DNA of 63,130 nt, filler included, from Reclinomonas americana ATCC 50394 (taxonomy: Eukaryota): NCBI GenBank assembly GCA_048213135.1. It is 5 parts of 3 records of this genome, joined end to end, with 100 filler letters (N's around TTAATTAATTAA, not from the genome) between each part and the next. Parts side by side here need not be neighbours in the genome. Positions count along the whole stretch, not along the records: positions 32,762 to 59,969 come from PS015265.1; 4 more parts are not named here. The stretch is one strand, 5' to 3'. How positions within the stretch are numbered: position 1 is the first letter of the stretch; each line of letters begins with the position of its first letter. Shown in pieces: positions 39,331-50,185 of the stretch. The position numbers and the translations under genes are program-made. The notes beneath the pieces are model-generated. The model was given only the letters and a program-made list of their open reading frames with translations, was not told the DNA's origin and did no database searches.

Positions 39331-39565
39331 TCGATCATCTCAGTTTCTGGCGCCCAAGCAGGATCCGGATATTGAGAATCACATAGTTATACAGCTCTTT
39401 GAATTAGCAAAGTTGCTTTGGCGTTGCCTTTCAAGGTCAACAAGTCAGTGAGTTGTCCTCCAAATGCGTCCCACTGTTGATTCGGACCAGCACTCCGAGA
39501 TCGGAATCTCTGCATCCTCTCTCTTTCTCTCTCCCTTTTCCTCTCCCTCTCACTTCTCTCTTACA

Positions 39566-39686
39566 ATGCCTCTTGCTTCCTGGATCGATTACGCGCCCGA
39601 ATCATGCGATTTCCCGCTGGAGAACGTGCCATTTGGTGTCTTCCGCTCACCGCGAACGGGAGAGCCGCATTGCGCAACAGCCATTG

Positions 39687-39727
<41 letters not shown>

Positions 39728-42700
39728 AGAGAGAGAGAGAAGAAGAGAAGGAAGGGGAGAGAGCTGAGAGAAGAGAGACAAGTTCAATGAGAGAATGCGA
39801 GTTTGTGAGAGAATGCAGTGAGCAAGTGTGTGAGAGTGTAAGAGCATGTAGTCACTCACTCTCTCACAGCACACGCTCTCACATTCTCTTCTGTGTATGT
39901 GTGCAAGAGCTCTCTCTCTCTCCTCTGTAAGAGAGAGAGAGAGCAAGTGCGCTCTCTCGTATGCACACTCATTTGCAACAGTGTGTGTGTGTGTGTTTGT
40001 GTGTGAGTATGTGCATGCAGTCACTCACTGTCTCACACTTGCACGCTTTCTCTTGTGTGCAGAGCGAGAGAGAATGTGAGACTGTGAGACTGTGAGAGAG
40101 AACAAACAAAGAAAGAGCATTCAGTCACTTGTTTCACGCTCTCTGTCACTTTCTCTTGTGTGCAAGTGTGTGCATGAGTGGGCATGAGTGATAGAGAGAA
40201 TACAGAGATTCTGTGTCTGTGTGTGCATGCAACAGTGTGACACTCTCTCCCACACACTCACTGTCTTTCTCTCCTTGTGTCTGTGGCAAAGTGTGACATG
40301 TCCACCCTCACTCTCTCTTTTTTCCGATGTTTTCTTTGCCCTTATTTTCATTCTTGTTTTTTCTTTTGCAGGCAACTTTGTGATTGATTTGCGTGTGCTT
40401 GCCGAGGCCGATTTGATTCCGAATCCCGACGGATGTTTCTTCAAGGTTTGTGTGTGTTTTTCTTGCAAGTCATCGCTCTCTCTTTGATCGTTGAGAGTGC
40501 ACTCCTTTGATGTTCCCCTTGCTCTTCCCTCTTGTCGTCGCCTCCCTCCGCCATTTTTCTCTCTCGCTCTTCGCCCTTATCTCTTGCCCTTGTCTCTCGC
40601 CCTTGTCTCTCACTCTTTGTCATTTCTCTTTGTCTTCCCCTTGTCTTCCCTTGTCTCTCACTCTTGTCTCTCGCCCATCCTTTTGCGCTTGTCTCTCGCT
40701 CTTGTCTCTCGCCCTTGTCTCTCGCCCTTGTCTCTCGCGCTTGTCCCTCGCGCTTGTCCCTCGCGCTTGTCTCTCGCGCTTGTCTCTCGCGCTTGTCTCT
40801 CGCCGTTGTCTCTCGCCCTTGTCTTGCACCCTTGTCGTGCACCCTTGTCTCTCGTCCTTGTCTCTCACTCTTTGTCTCTCGCCCTTGTCTCTCGCCCTTG
40901 TCTCTCGCCCTTGTCTCTCGCCCTTGTCTCTCGCCCTTGTCTCTCGCCCTTGTCTTCGCGCCTGTCTCGTCTCTCACTCTTGTCTCTCGCTCTTGTCTAT
41001 TGCCCTTCTCTCGCACCCTTATCTCTCTCTCGTCTCTCGACCATGTCTCCCTTTTCTTGTCGTCCACTCTTGCTTTCCCCCATTGCTTTCCCCCATTGCT
41101 TTNNNNNNNNNNNNNNNNNNNNNNNNNNNNNNNNNNNNNNNNNNNNNNNNNNNNNNNNNNNNNNNNNNNNNNNNNNNNNNNNNNNNNNNNNNNNNNNNNN
41201 NNNNNNNNNNNNNNNNNNNNNNNNNNNNNNNNNNNNNNNNNNNNNNNNNNNNNNNNNNNNNNNNNNNNNNNNNNNNNNNNNNNNNNNNNNNNNNNNNNNN
41301 NNNNNNNNNNNNNNNNNNNNNNNNNNNNNNNNNNNNNNNNNNNNNNNNNNNNNNNNNNNNNNNNNNNNNNNNNNNNNNNNNNNNNNNNNNNNNNNNNNNN
41401 NNNNNNNNNNNNNNNNNNNNNNNNNNNNNNNNNNNNNNNNNNNNNNNNNNNNNNNNNNNNNNNNNNNNNNNNNNNNNNNNNNNNNNNNNNNNNNNNNNNN
41501 NNNNNNNNNNNNNNNNNNNNNNNNNNNNNNNNNNNNNNNNNNNNNNNNNNNNNNNNNNNNNNNNNNNNNNNNNNNNNNNNNNNNNNNNNNNNNNNNNNNN
41601 NNNNNNNNNNNNNNNNNNNNNNNNNNNNNNNNNNNNNNNNNNNNNNNNNNNNNNNNNNNNNNNNNNNNNNNNNNNNNNNNNNNNNNNNNNNNNNNNNNNN
41701 NNNNNNNNNNNNNNNNNNNNNNNNNNNNNNNNNNNNNNNNNNNNNNNNNNNNNNNNNNNNNNNNNNNNNNNNNNNNNNNNNNNNNNNNNNNNNNNNNNNN
41801 NNNNNNNNNNNNNNNNNNNNNNNNNNNNNNNNNNNNNNNNNNNNNNNNNNNNNNNNNNNNNNNNNNNNNNNNNNNNNNNNNNNNNNNNNNNNNNNNNNNN
41901 NNNNNNNNNNNNNNNNNNNNNNNNNNNNNNNNNNNNNNNNNNNNNNNNNNNNNNNNNNNNNNCCCCCATTGCTCTCCCCCATTGCTCTCCCCCATTGCTC
42001 TCCCCCATTGCTCTCCCCCATTGCTCTCCCCCATTGCTCTCCCCCATTGCTCTTCCCCTCTCCCCCTTCTGCCTTCCCCCTTCCCCCTTCTCATTCCACC
42101 CTTCTCACCCCTTCTCCCTTCCCTCATCTCCCCCCTCCTCACCGCCCCTTCTCCACTTAGCCCACGTTGAACCACTTCGCCTCTCTCGGCTACGACGCCT
42201 GGAGCTCCGTGCGCCACCGCCTGCAGCGCCTCTTCTCCGCCGACGAGCCGGCACTGCGCGACGAGGGCGGCTTGCAGTCGACAGTGAGTGTCACCTACTT
42301 CTCACCACGCTCCTCCTTTGCGCTCATGCCTTTTCTCGTCATCAGTGCATGTACGAGATGGGCTCGGTGGAGATGCTGCTGCCGGTGGAGATTGGCGACT
42401 ACACCGATTTCTACGCCAGCAAGGAGCACGCCACCAACGTGGGCACGATGTTCCGAGGCGCCGCCAACGCCCTCATGCCCAACTGGTTGGTTACGGATGC
42501 ACGCTGATGATCACCAGCCTTTGTCCTCACTCTCCTTTCTGGCAGGACCTCTCTCCCGGTCGGCTACCACGGCCGCTCCAGCTCGGTGGTCGTGTCGGGC
42601 ACCGGCCTGCACCGCCCGCACGGCCAGCTGAAGCCGGTGGACGAGGAGCCGACGCAATTTGGCCCGAGTCGCCTGCTTGATTTTGAGTTGGAAATGGCCA

Positions 42701-43982
42701 CCATCATCGGGCCGGGCAACGCGCTCGGCTCGCCCATCAAGTCGGCCGACGCGCGGAATCACGTGTTTGGCCTGGTGCTGATGAACGACTGGAGCGGTGC
42801 GTGACGTGCACTCTCACTTTTTGCTCTGCCCGCCGTGCTCACCCTTTTTGTCGTACGTAGCTCGCGACATTCAAAAGTGGGAGTACGTGCCACTCGGCCC
42901 GTTTGGCGGCAAGAACTTCGGCACCACCATCAGCCCGTGGATTGTGACCCTGGACGCGTTGGAGCCGTTCCGTGTGGCGGGCCCCGTGCAGGATCCGGAG
43001 CCGCTCGAGTATCTGCGCGAGTCGGAGCCGTCGACGTACGACATTAAGTTGTCGGTGGCGATTCAGGGCGCCAAGATGGACGCGCCGCACTGCGTGTGCC
43101 ACTCCAATCTGCGGTATTTGTACTGGAGTGTGTTCCAGCAGGTGGTGCACCACACGGTGACGGTGAGTTGGGTGATGTTGGAGAGAGAGGGGAAATTGAT
43201 TGTAACTGGTGGATGTGTGTGTGTCGGCTAGGGTTGCAACTTGCGTTCGGGTGATTTGCTGGGCACGGGTACGATCTCAGGACCGGTGAGTGGAGGTGGG
43301 AGGGGGAAGAGAATGGGAGGGGGTGGAAGAAGAGGAAGAGAGCGCAGAAATGCAGAGAGTTGATAGTGTGGGTAGCGCGATTCCGCTTCACCCTCTGCTT
43401 CCTCTCTCTCTTTCTCTCATTCTCTTTCTGTTTTTTCTTTTCCCTCGCTCTCGATTCTTATCCTGTTTCCATGTTTCTCTCCTTGCTTCCTCTTTCTTCT
43501 CTCCATGTCCTTGTTGATGTGGTTCTGTCTCTCCCACCACATGCACTTTGTCTTTGTCATTTTTTCTGTCTTTGTGATTCTGCTGCGTTGTACTTTCCTT
43601 CTTTTGTCCTTCCCCTTTTCCTTTTCCTCCCCTCCTTTTCCTTCCCCTTTCCCTTCCCCCTCACCTCCTTCTCTTTTCCTTCCCCTTCTCTTTCCCTTTT
43701 CCTTCCCTCTTCAGACCGCCGAGGAATACGGCTCCATGCTCGAACTCAGCTGGCGCGGCACCAAACCCCTCCCCTTCCCCAACGGCGAGGAGCGCAAGTT
43801 CCTGCAGGTGCTCCTCACCTTCCACCCCCTTTGCCCTTTACCTTCCCTTCCCTTCGCCACTCATCACCCGTGCACAGGACGGCGACACCGTGTTCATCAA
43901 CGGCTTCTGCCAAGGCGAAGGCTACCGCGTCGGTTTCGGACCCTGCATCGGCCAGGTGCTGCCTGCGGTGCCCTACTTTTGA
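39566..43982 (+). CDS. FAH: Fumarylacetoacetase
   Basis: [86 protein letters not shown]. Confidence 0.97.
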
Positions 43983-44042
43983 ATCACACACACAACCGAG
44001 TGATGAGTGAAGGGCGATTGAGTGAGTGCTGGAAGTCGTTGC

Positions 44043-45185
44043 ATGCATTTATTATTTGTCATGCTCCTCTTGGTGTGCTGTTTACTGGGCGTGCCACAGC
44101 AACAAACGAAAAGCAAGGAATTTTCGTTTGATCTCCACTCGTCTTCTACTCAATACCAGAATCAAGTTCCTACTCAGAACCGACGATTTCGTGCAGATTA
44201 CATTGCCAGTTATGCCGACCACGGTGCCACATTCGTGCTCGATGGCCAGACGCCGCCGGTCGCTAGTCCTGGAGAGTGGAGGAGCACTTCGCTGACCAAG
44301 GCGTCGACGGCGGTGAGTGATTTCGAGGAGAGAAGACAGAGATGTGATCACCACAGTAGAGTACCGACCATGCGGCTTACTCTCCGAAGAGAAGCGAGTC
44401 GATAAGGAGAGGACACAGACTCTCCTCTTTTCCATTCTCCTTTTCTCACTTTTCTTATGGGGCAGTCGACATTGGTGCCCCACGTCTTCCCGTTCACTGG
44501 TCTGCCGTCCGTGGCTGCGTCGCTGCTTGGCGTGGCCACGATTTCCAATTCCGAGCTGCGCATGACGTTGCGCGACGACTGCCGCGTGCAGTTCATGACT
44601 GCGCGATATCTGGTGGCCGGCTCGCCGACGGACAATCGCTCTGGCCTAGCGGTGCTCTCAGGCGAAACGTCGCATGCGGCCGGGCAGCACGTGATTGTTT
44701 CACTGATGGTCAACGACAAGGCGCAGTTCGGGTTGCTGCAGAGCGATTTCAAGTACGCGGTGCTTTTGCGTGGGTGGAAGACGTCGAGTGTTGCGGCTGC
44801 AGGTGCTGTCTCGCCGTCGGTGTTGCATCAGAGTGGTATGCCGTCGCGCGGGTCGGCGGCGGTCGGGTCGTTTGGGCAGCTGGATATTGTGGTGGCGAGT
44901 GGAGCGGGAGTGGAGGAGACGTGTGGCGGTGGGGGTGCCGGCGGGGCAGTGAGGAAGGGGACATATAGCAGTGCTTTCATAAACGTCGATAACACTGCCC
45001 TGTCTCGCTCGTATTATGCATTCTCTGCGTCCTCCCAGCACTTGATGTCCGCACGGACGCAGGCAAGTGTCGCGAACACCGTCGCACCGACATCGCCGCC
45101 AGGTCGCGCAGCTAGTTCGCATACTGCTCGGCGATGGGACGACGAGCGCTTCGATGATCCACGCACCTGCGATCAACAAAAGAGT
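44043..45185 (+). CDS. Hypothetical secreted protein, 3' end uncertain
   Basis: Signal-like MHLLFVMLLLVCCLLG; in-phase intron (GTGAGT near 44313 to CAG near 44465) joins a long coding-like frame; no family recognised. Confidence 0.4.
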
Positions 45186-45297
45186 GAGTCTGTGGGAACA
45201 TGGCGAAGTCACCATCAGCCGCACACGTACCACAGACACAGGAGCAGGCAGCATACGACCCACACATGCATCTACTTGCATATCATCACCCTCCTGC

Positions 45298-48200
45298 TCA
45301 CTCTGATGGTCCAGCAGGTCCTGCTCCACCCACTGCCGCCTCGCTCAAGCGCCTCAGCTCGTCGAGCACATACGCTGCCGACACGCGTGTTGCTTGTGGC
45401 CTCTACATCACACACGCGCGATGAGCAGCCACCTCTCCGAACAACACGATCTACTTCATCAGAACGCAACCCAGCACTGCCGAATCAGATTGCGAACGTC
45501 CTCCGGCACGGCAGCCCGCGCACTCTCATCGTCAAGATCGGCGGGTGGAACGCCGGCTTTCATGAGATCTCCGATTTGCATCAACGCCACTCCATTGTAT
45601 GGCTCCTGACGAGTGGCGATGAACCAGAGCAGTGAACCAAGTCCATACACATCCGCCCTCTCATCATACTGCGAGTGGTGAACAAAGCATGTGTGAACGC
45701 CGCTCTCATCGTGCAAAGCGAGAGAAGAAAATGTCATCTCCGCACCTCCTGATCCAGCATGGCCTCGGGCGCAGCATACGCTGCCGTGCCGTGATTCGAC
45801 TGCATCTTGCCAAGAGTGCCGTGAATCCTGGCCTCACCAAAGTCGCACACCTTTGCCACGAGTCGGTCCTCGCTGATGAGGATGTCTGAGGGCATGCAGT
45901 GGGAACAGAGTCAGCGATGAAAGGAAGTATGGTGATTGATCTGGAAGATGTTCCACTGCCCTCTCTCTCACATCCACTCTCTTTCATCAACGTGCCATAA
46001 CACCACTCGACGAGAGTGCGCACAACCGCTGATGCCACTTGCACGAGCACATTGACCTCACACGCCTGGTTGTCTCTCCCTCCCTCTCACCTTCTCTTGC
46101 GTCAGCATCTCGTAAACCTCTTCTCTTGTAGTCTCGCTCTCTCCCATCAGCCACTCCAAACGAAACTCTGTGGCCTGAGATCACGATGCACCACTCGACG
46201 AGAGTGCGCACCACCGCTGATGCCACTTGCACGAGCAGACTGTCCTTACTCGCCTAGTTGTCTCTCCCTCGTTCTCACAATAACTCACTTTGCATCAACA
46301 TCTCATAATCCTCGTCTCTTGTCGTCTCATATTCTCGCATAACCCTCTCCAAAACGAAACACTGTGGCCTGAGATCACGATGCACCACTCGTCGCGAGTG
46401 CATGTGCACCACCGCCGACGCCACTTTCACGAGCAGACTGTCCTTACTCGCCTAGTTGTCTCTCCCTCCCTCTCATCTTCTCTTGCATCAACATCTCATA
46501 ATCCTCTTCTCTAGCAGTCTTGCTCTCTCCCATTGCGCTCTCCAAGACGCAACTCTGCGGCTTGAGATCACGATGCACCACTCGACGCGAGTGCATGTGC
46601 ACCACTGCCGACGCCACTTGCACGAGCAGACTGAGCAGATGTGGAGTCGTCATATGCTCGTCCTTCACCAAGTCATGCAGCGTCTCGGCAATGCCCTCCT
46701 CTTCATCCTCACGACCGACATATTCAAGAACAAGACCGAGACCACTCGGGTCGTCGTTGCACACGGCCATCAGTTTCACAATGTGTGGGTGACTGCGTGC
46801 AGGCACATGAGCGACAACGTCAGCATGCAAGTGCAAGGAGCACGAAAGCACGCAACTCGAGTTGCATCAGCAGAGAGTGCTCGTTCTCGAAGCACGCATG
46901 AACACTTTTCCAGTCCGTCGATTGTGCATCTCGAGCTTGCCTCCTGACCAAGTATCGCTTGTACGCCACGGTCTGCGACATACCGCCAAGGCGGAGAGCG
47001 GCATGGAAAACAGCATTTTGACCTGCAGTGGCAAACGGAGGAGATGAGTTTGTGCTCATTCACACAGAGATGCAGGCACGCGGAGGTGATTACACCAATA
47101 GCAAGTTGTCTTGAAGGCGTCAAGTCCGAGAACGACACAACAGGTGCGCGAATGGCGAATCGCGCTGCTCTCTCCGTCACCAGCTCAGCCGTCACATTGA
47201 TGCGACACACATCTGTGCTCAGAGAATGAGTAGGAGAGAATGAAGACACCAAGTGGCGATAAGCTGTCGCAACTCTCGTATGCTTGGAACAGCAGACGGA
47301 TACTCTCGTGCTGTCCGCCGGGGAACAGCGTATGGAGTGAGTCGCGAACCAGCCGCATGACGCTCACGTACTCTGCGTCTTCGAGTGCAGAGAGACGGGC
47401 CAGGTGAGACACACGATGGCGCACATCTCGCAAGTTCTCTACGGCTCGAATCTGCAAAGCAGGCTGGCCTTGAGAACACTCGTCAGTAATGATGGCACAA
47501 GCAGAGAGCGTACCTTGGCAGGGTCAGTGAGTAGTCGCACAGCCACACGGTCTTCGTTTGTAACAGGATCGAGGCGGACGAGGCTCTCCAGCAGATCCTC
47601 ATCACGGCAAGCGACGACAGGAACGAATGTTGTGTACAGCAGCAGCGTGCTCAGCAGCGACACATCCATGCCCGATGTCACTCCACTCTGCTTGAACTCT
47701 CGAATTGTCTCGTAGTTGGAGGGGAATAATTCGACGGAGCGCATACGAATGTTGCCGCGCTTGTCCAGAGACATTCGGCAGTATCTGTGAGGCAGAATGA
47801 GCGCATGAGACACAACACATTCAAGACTGTCCCTCCTCAGCACCTCGATGATGGAGCTGGAAGACAAAGTTGCTCAATGTCGAATTCGGCATGGAAGAAG
47901 CCAGCGATGAGTTGTTGCAGGAGAGACCCAAGAGCCAGGGGAATAATCTCATGCACGACTTCGGTAAGCATCAAGATGGGACGGCGGTCACTGTGCAACC
48001 AAGAGTGAGGTGCCTCACGGGCGAGAGCAAAACTGGGTGAATGAGTCATGATTTACCTGAGAAAGTCCATGTTGAAGAGAGCGCTCAGTTGGCCTTCCAT
48101 GTTGCGCACCCTTTGCCGTTCAGAGGTGAGATTGGTCTGCAGCTCCACGACTTGTTGCTGGCTCTGAGCTTGAGCTTGCTGCAGTTCATCGACTCGATGT

Positions 48201-49603
48201 TGCTGTTCAGCTAAGGTGTGACGATGCTCAGCATTGGCTCGCTGCAGCTGAGTGACAATGTCTTCGTGTTCTCGTCGCTGTCGATCCCATTCGTGCTGCT
48301 GTTGCTGTCGCTCCTCCTGCTTCTCGGCGTTGATATGCTGCAGCTCGGCATTGTCTCGTTGCAGCTGAGTGACAATGTCGTCGAACTCTCGTCGCTGTCG
48401 ATCCCATTCTCGCTGCTGTTGCTGTCGCTCCTGCTGCGATGTGGCGAGATCGCGCTGGAGCTGGGCGATGAGTGCGTCCTTGTCGGTGACGTCGTCGACC
48501 GCCTGCGCAGAGCAGAACAAGAGAGAGGGAGAGAGAGAGTGAGAGAGAGAGAGGAGGGAGAGAGGTGGGAGTCAGAGAACATGCACGATGAGACACAGAC
48601 ATGCGCAAGCGAGACGACACGGTCTCTCACCTGGCGTGATGGCGATGTATTATCTGCAAGACGAAAAGTAAGCGAAGCAAACAACGAGGAGAGTGTGAGA
48701 AAGGAGAAAAGCACACATCAACCATCTGTACAAGACGACACAAAGATCACACCTGCTGCTCGTGGTGGTGGTGGTGGTGGTGAAGAGGTAAGGGATATTT
48801 GTGGCTGCCGCTGTTGTGGACGTGCTGGCTCTGCGTGTTGTTGTGGGGTGAACACAAACAGAGAAAGATGAGCGTGTGCAACACGAAAATGAGATCTCAC
48901 CTGCTGGTGGCTGTGGTGGTGGAGGCGGAGAGGAAGGTTGTGGTTGTTGTTGGCGTGGTGGAGGTGCTCGTTGCTCCGTAGCGAGGCGGTCGAGCAACTC
49001 GGCAACTTGTTGCTTGCCATTATCGCGTGCGAACTGAGCCGCTGTCCTGCCATACTTGTCGACCATGGGAATGAGGTCGGGAAAGCGCGTGGCGAGGAGT
49101 CGCACGACGTCTTCGTGGCCATTCACAGCAGCGCAGTGCAGCGCAGTACACTGGTATGCTTTGGTGACCGCCCGCACCATCTCCGGCGGGCATCGTCGCT
49201 CATCGGCAAGCAACCGCTCCACCACTCGCAGATGCCCGCTGTCGGCAGCCCGCATCAGTGGCGTGTGGCCATTGTCGGTGACCATTTGTGCGAGTTCTGG
49301 ACCGACGCCACTCTTATCCCACAGATACTCCAACACAGAGAGATGGCCATAGCAAGCGGCATAATAAAATGCCGATCCACCGCCAAGCGTCTCCTCTCTC
49401 TTCAGCAGTGTCTGTGCGCCCTCACGCGCCACCAACTCGCGCAGTGCCTTCACATCGCCTTCCCACGCCATCGCATATGCTTTCAGCCTCCTCCGTTGTT
49501 GCCTGCCCAACGAGCAACAATTGTCAGAGAGAGTCAGCGAGGAGACGAGAAAGCCAGAAACAAACACACACACATACCTGTCACTGCCCTGTGCTGCACC
49601 CAT
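45298..49603 (-). CDS. Ankyrin repeat - Pro-rich - coiled coil - HEPN - protein kinase (TKL-like)
   Basis: Ankyrin repeats (GHTPLMRAA, TALHCAA); Gln-rich coiled coil; HEPN-like MDVSLLSTLLL and ENLRDVRHRVSH (47404-47421); kinase VAYK, FENE, LDHPHIV, HRDLKPQN, KVCDFG, YAAPE, DVYGLG, QCW. All exons can be joined in frame by GT-AG introns. Confidence 0.8.
45985..46445 (-). repeat. Three degenerate duplicates of the kinase HRD-exon 3' end within an intron
   Basis: VASAVV...RRVVHRDL-like copies at about 46440, 46240 and 46050 with substitutions, indels and altered donors. Confidence 0.8.
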
Positions 49604-49790
49604 CTCTGTCTGTCTGTCTGTCTGTCTGTGTGTGCGTGCTTTCGTGTGGCAACTCGCGATTCATGACACGCTCAGGACAACTCTCAGTCCGTCGTCACTG
49701 AGTGAGTGAGCGAGACACAGACGCACACTCGCGTAAGAGAGAGTACCTCTCTGTCTGCGCTCTCTCTATCTCTCTGCACAACAACGAAGA

Positions 49791-49853
49791 ATGGAGAGAT
49801 ACATCAAGAGCAAGATCCTTCTCGGCGAGGGAACTTATGGATATGTGTACAGG
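49791..49853 (+). pseudogene. Orphan CDK-like first exon (copy 1)
   Basis: MERYIKSKILLGEGTYGYVYR then GTACTG donor; resembles the CDK1/2 N-terminus; no downstream CDK exons found. Confidence 0.7.
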
Positions 49854-50185
49854 GTACTGTGTCACTCACACTCTCAAACACACACACTCACTCACGCACA
49901 TACACACACAGAGAGAGGGAGAGAGTGATTCAGAGACAACTCTCATGCATTCTGTGATCTCTCAATCAATCAGCGCAAGAGTCACTCTTTCTCTCTTTCT
50001 CTTTCTCTCACACACACACTCATTCCCTCACTGAATCCAACTCACTTGCTGACTTTCGCACATCTCCCATCTTTTTCGTCTCGCATTTCCACACCCCGTT
50101 CGTCTCTCACACTGATGATGCACTCGACATTCTCAATGCTGAGCTCTCACCCCCTCCCTCTCCTTTTTTGCAAGCTTGCTTTCAC

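Noticed and set aside
40670-42050. CCCTTGTCTCTCG and CCCCATTGCTCTC short tandem repeats as a functional element
   Set aside because: Ordinary intronic minisatellites flanking an assembly gap in FAH intron 2.
46540-46560. Non-canonical TT...AGN introns as an alternative reading of the GTTGCG donors
   Set aside because: The GT-AG reading restores the invariant kinase Asn (HRDLKPQN); the alternative gives Ser.
47837-47870. Apparent premature stop or frameshift in the HEPN-kinase gene
   Set aside because: Removed by an in-phase 59-nt GTGCTG...CAG intron (PSS-R-YCR).
49791-49853. Complete CDK gene
   Set aside because: No downstream exons with VALK, PSTAIRE or HRD on the plus strand; only the first exon is present.
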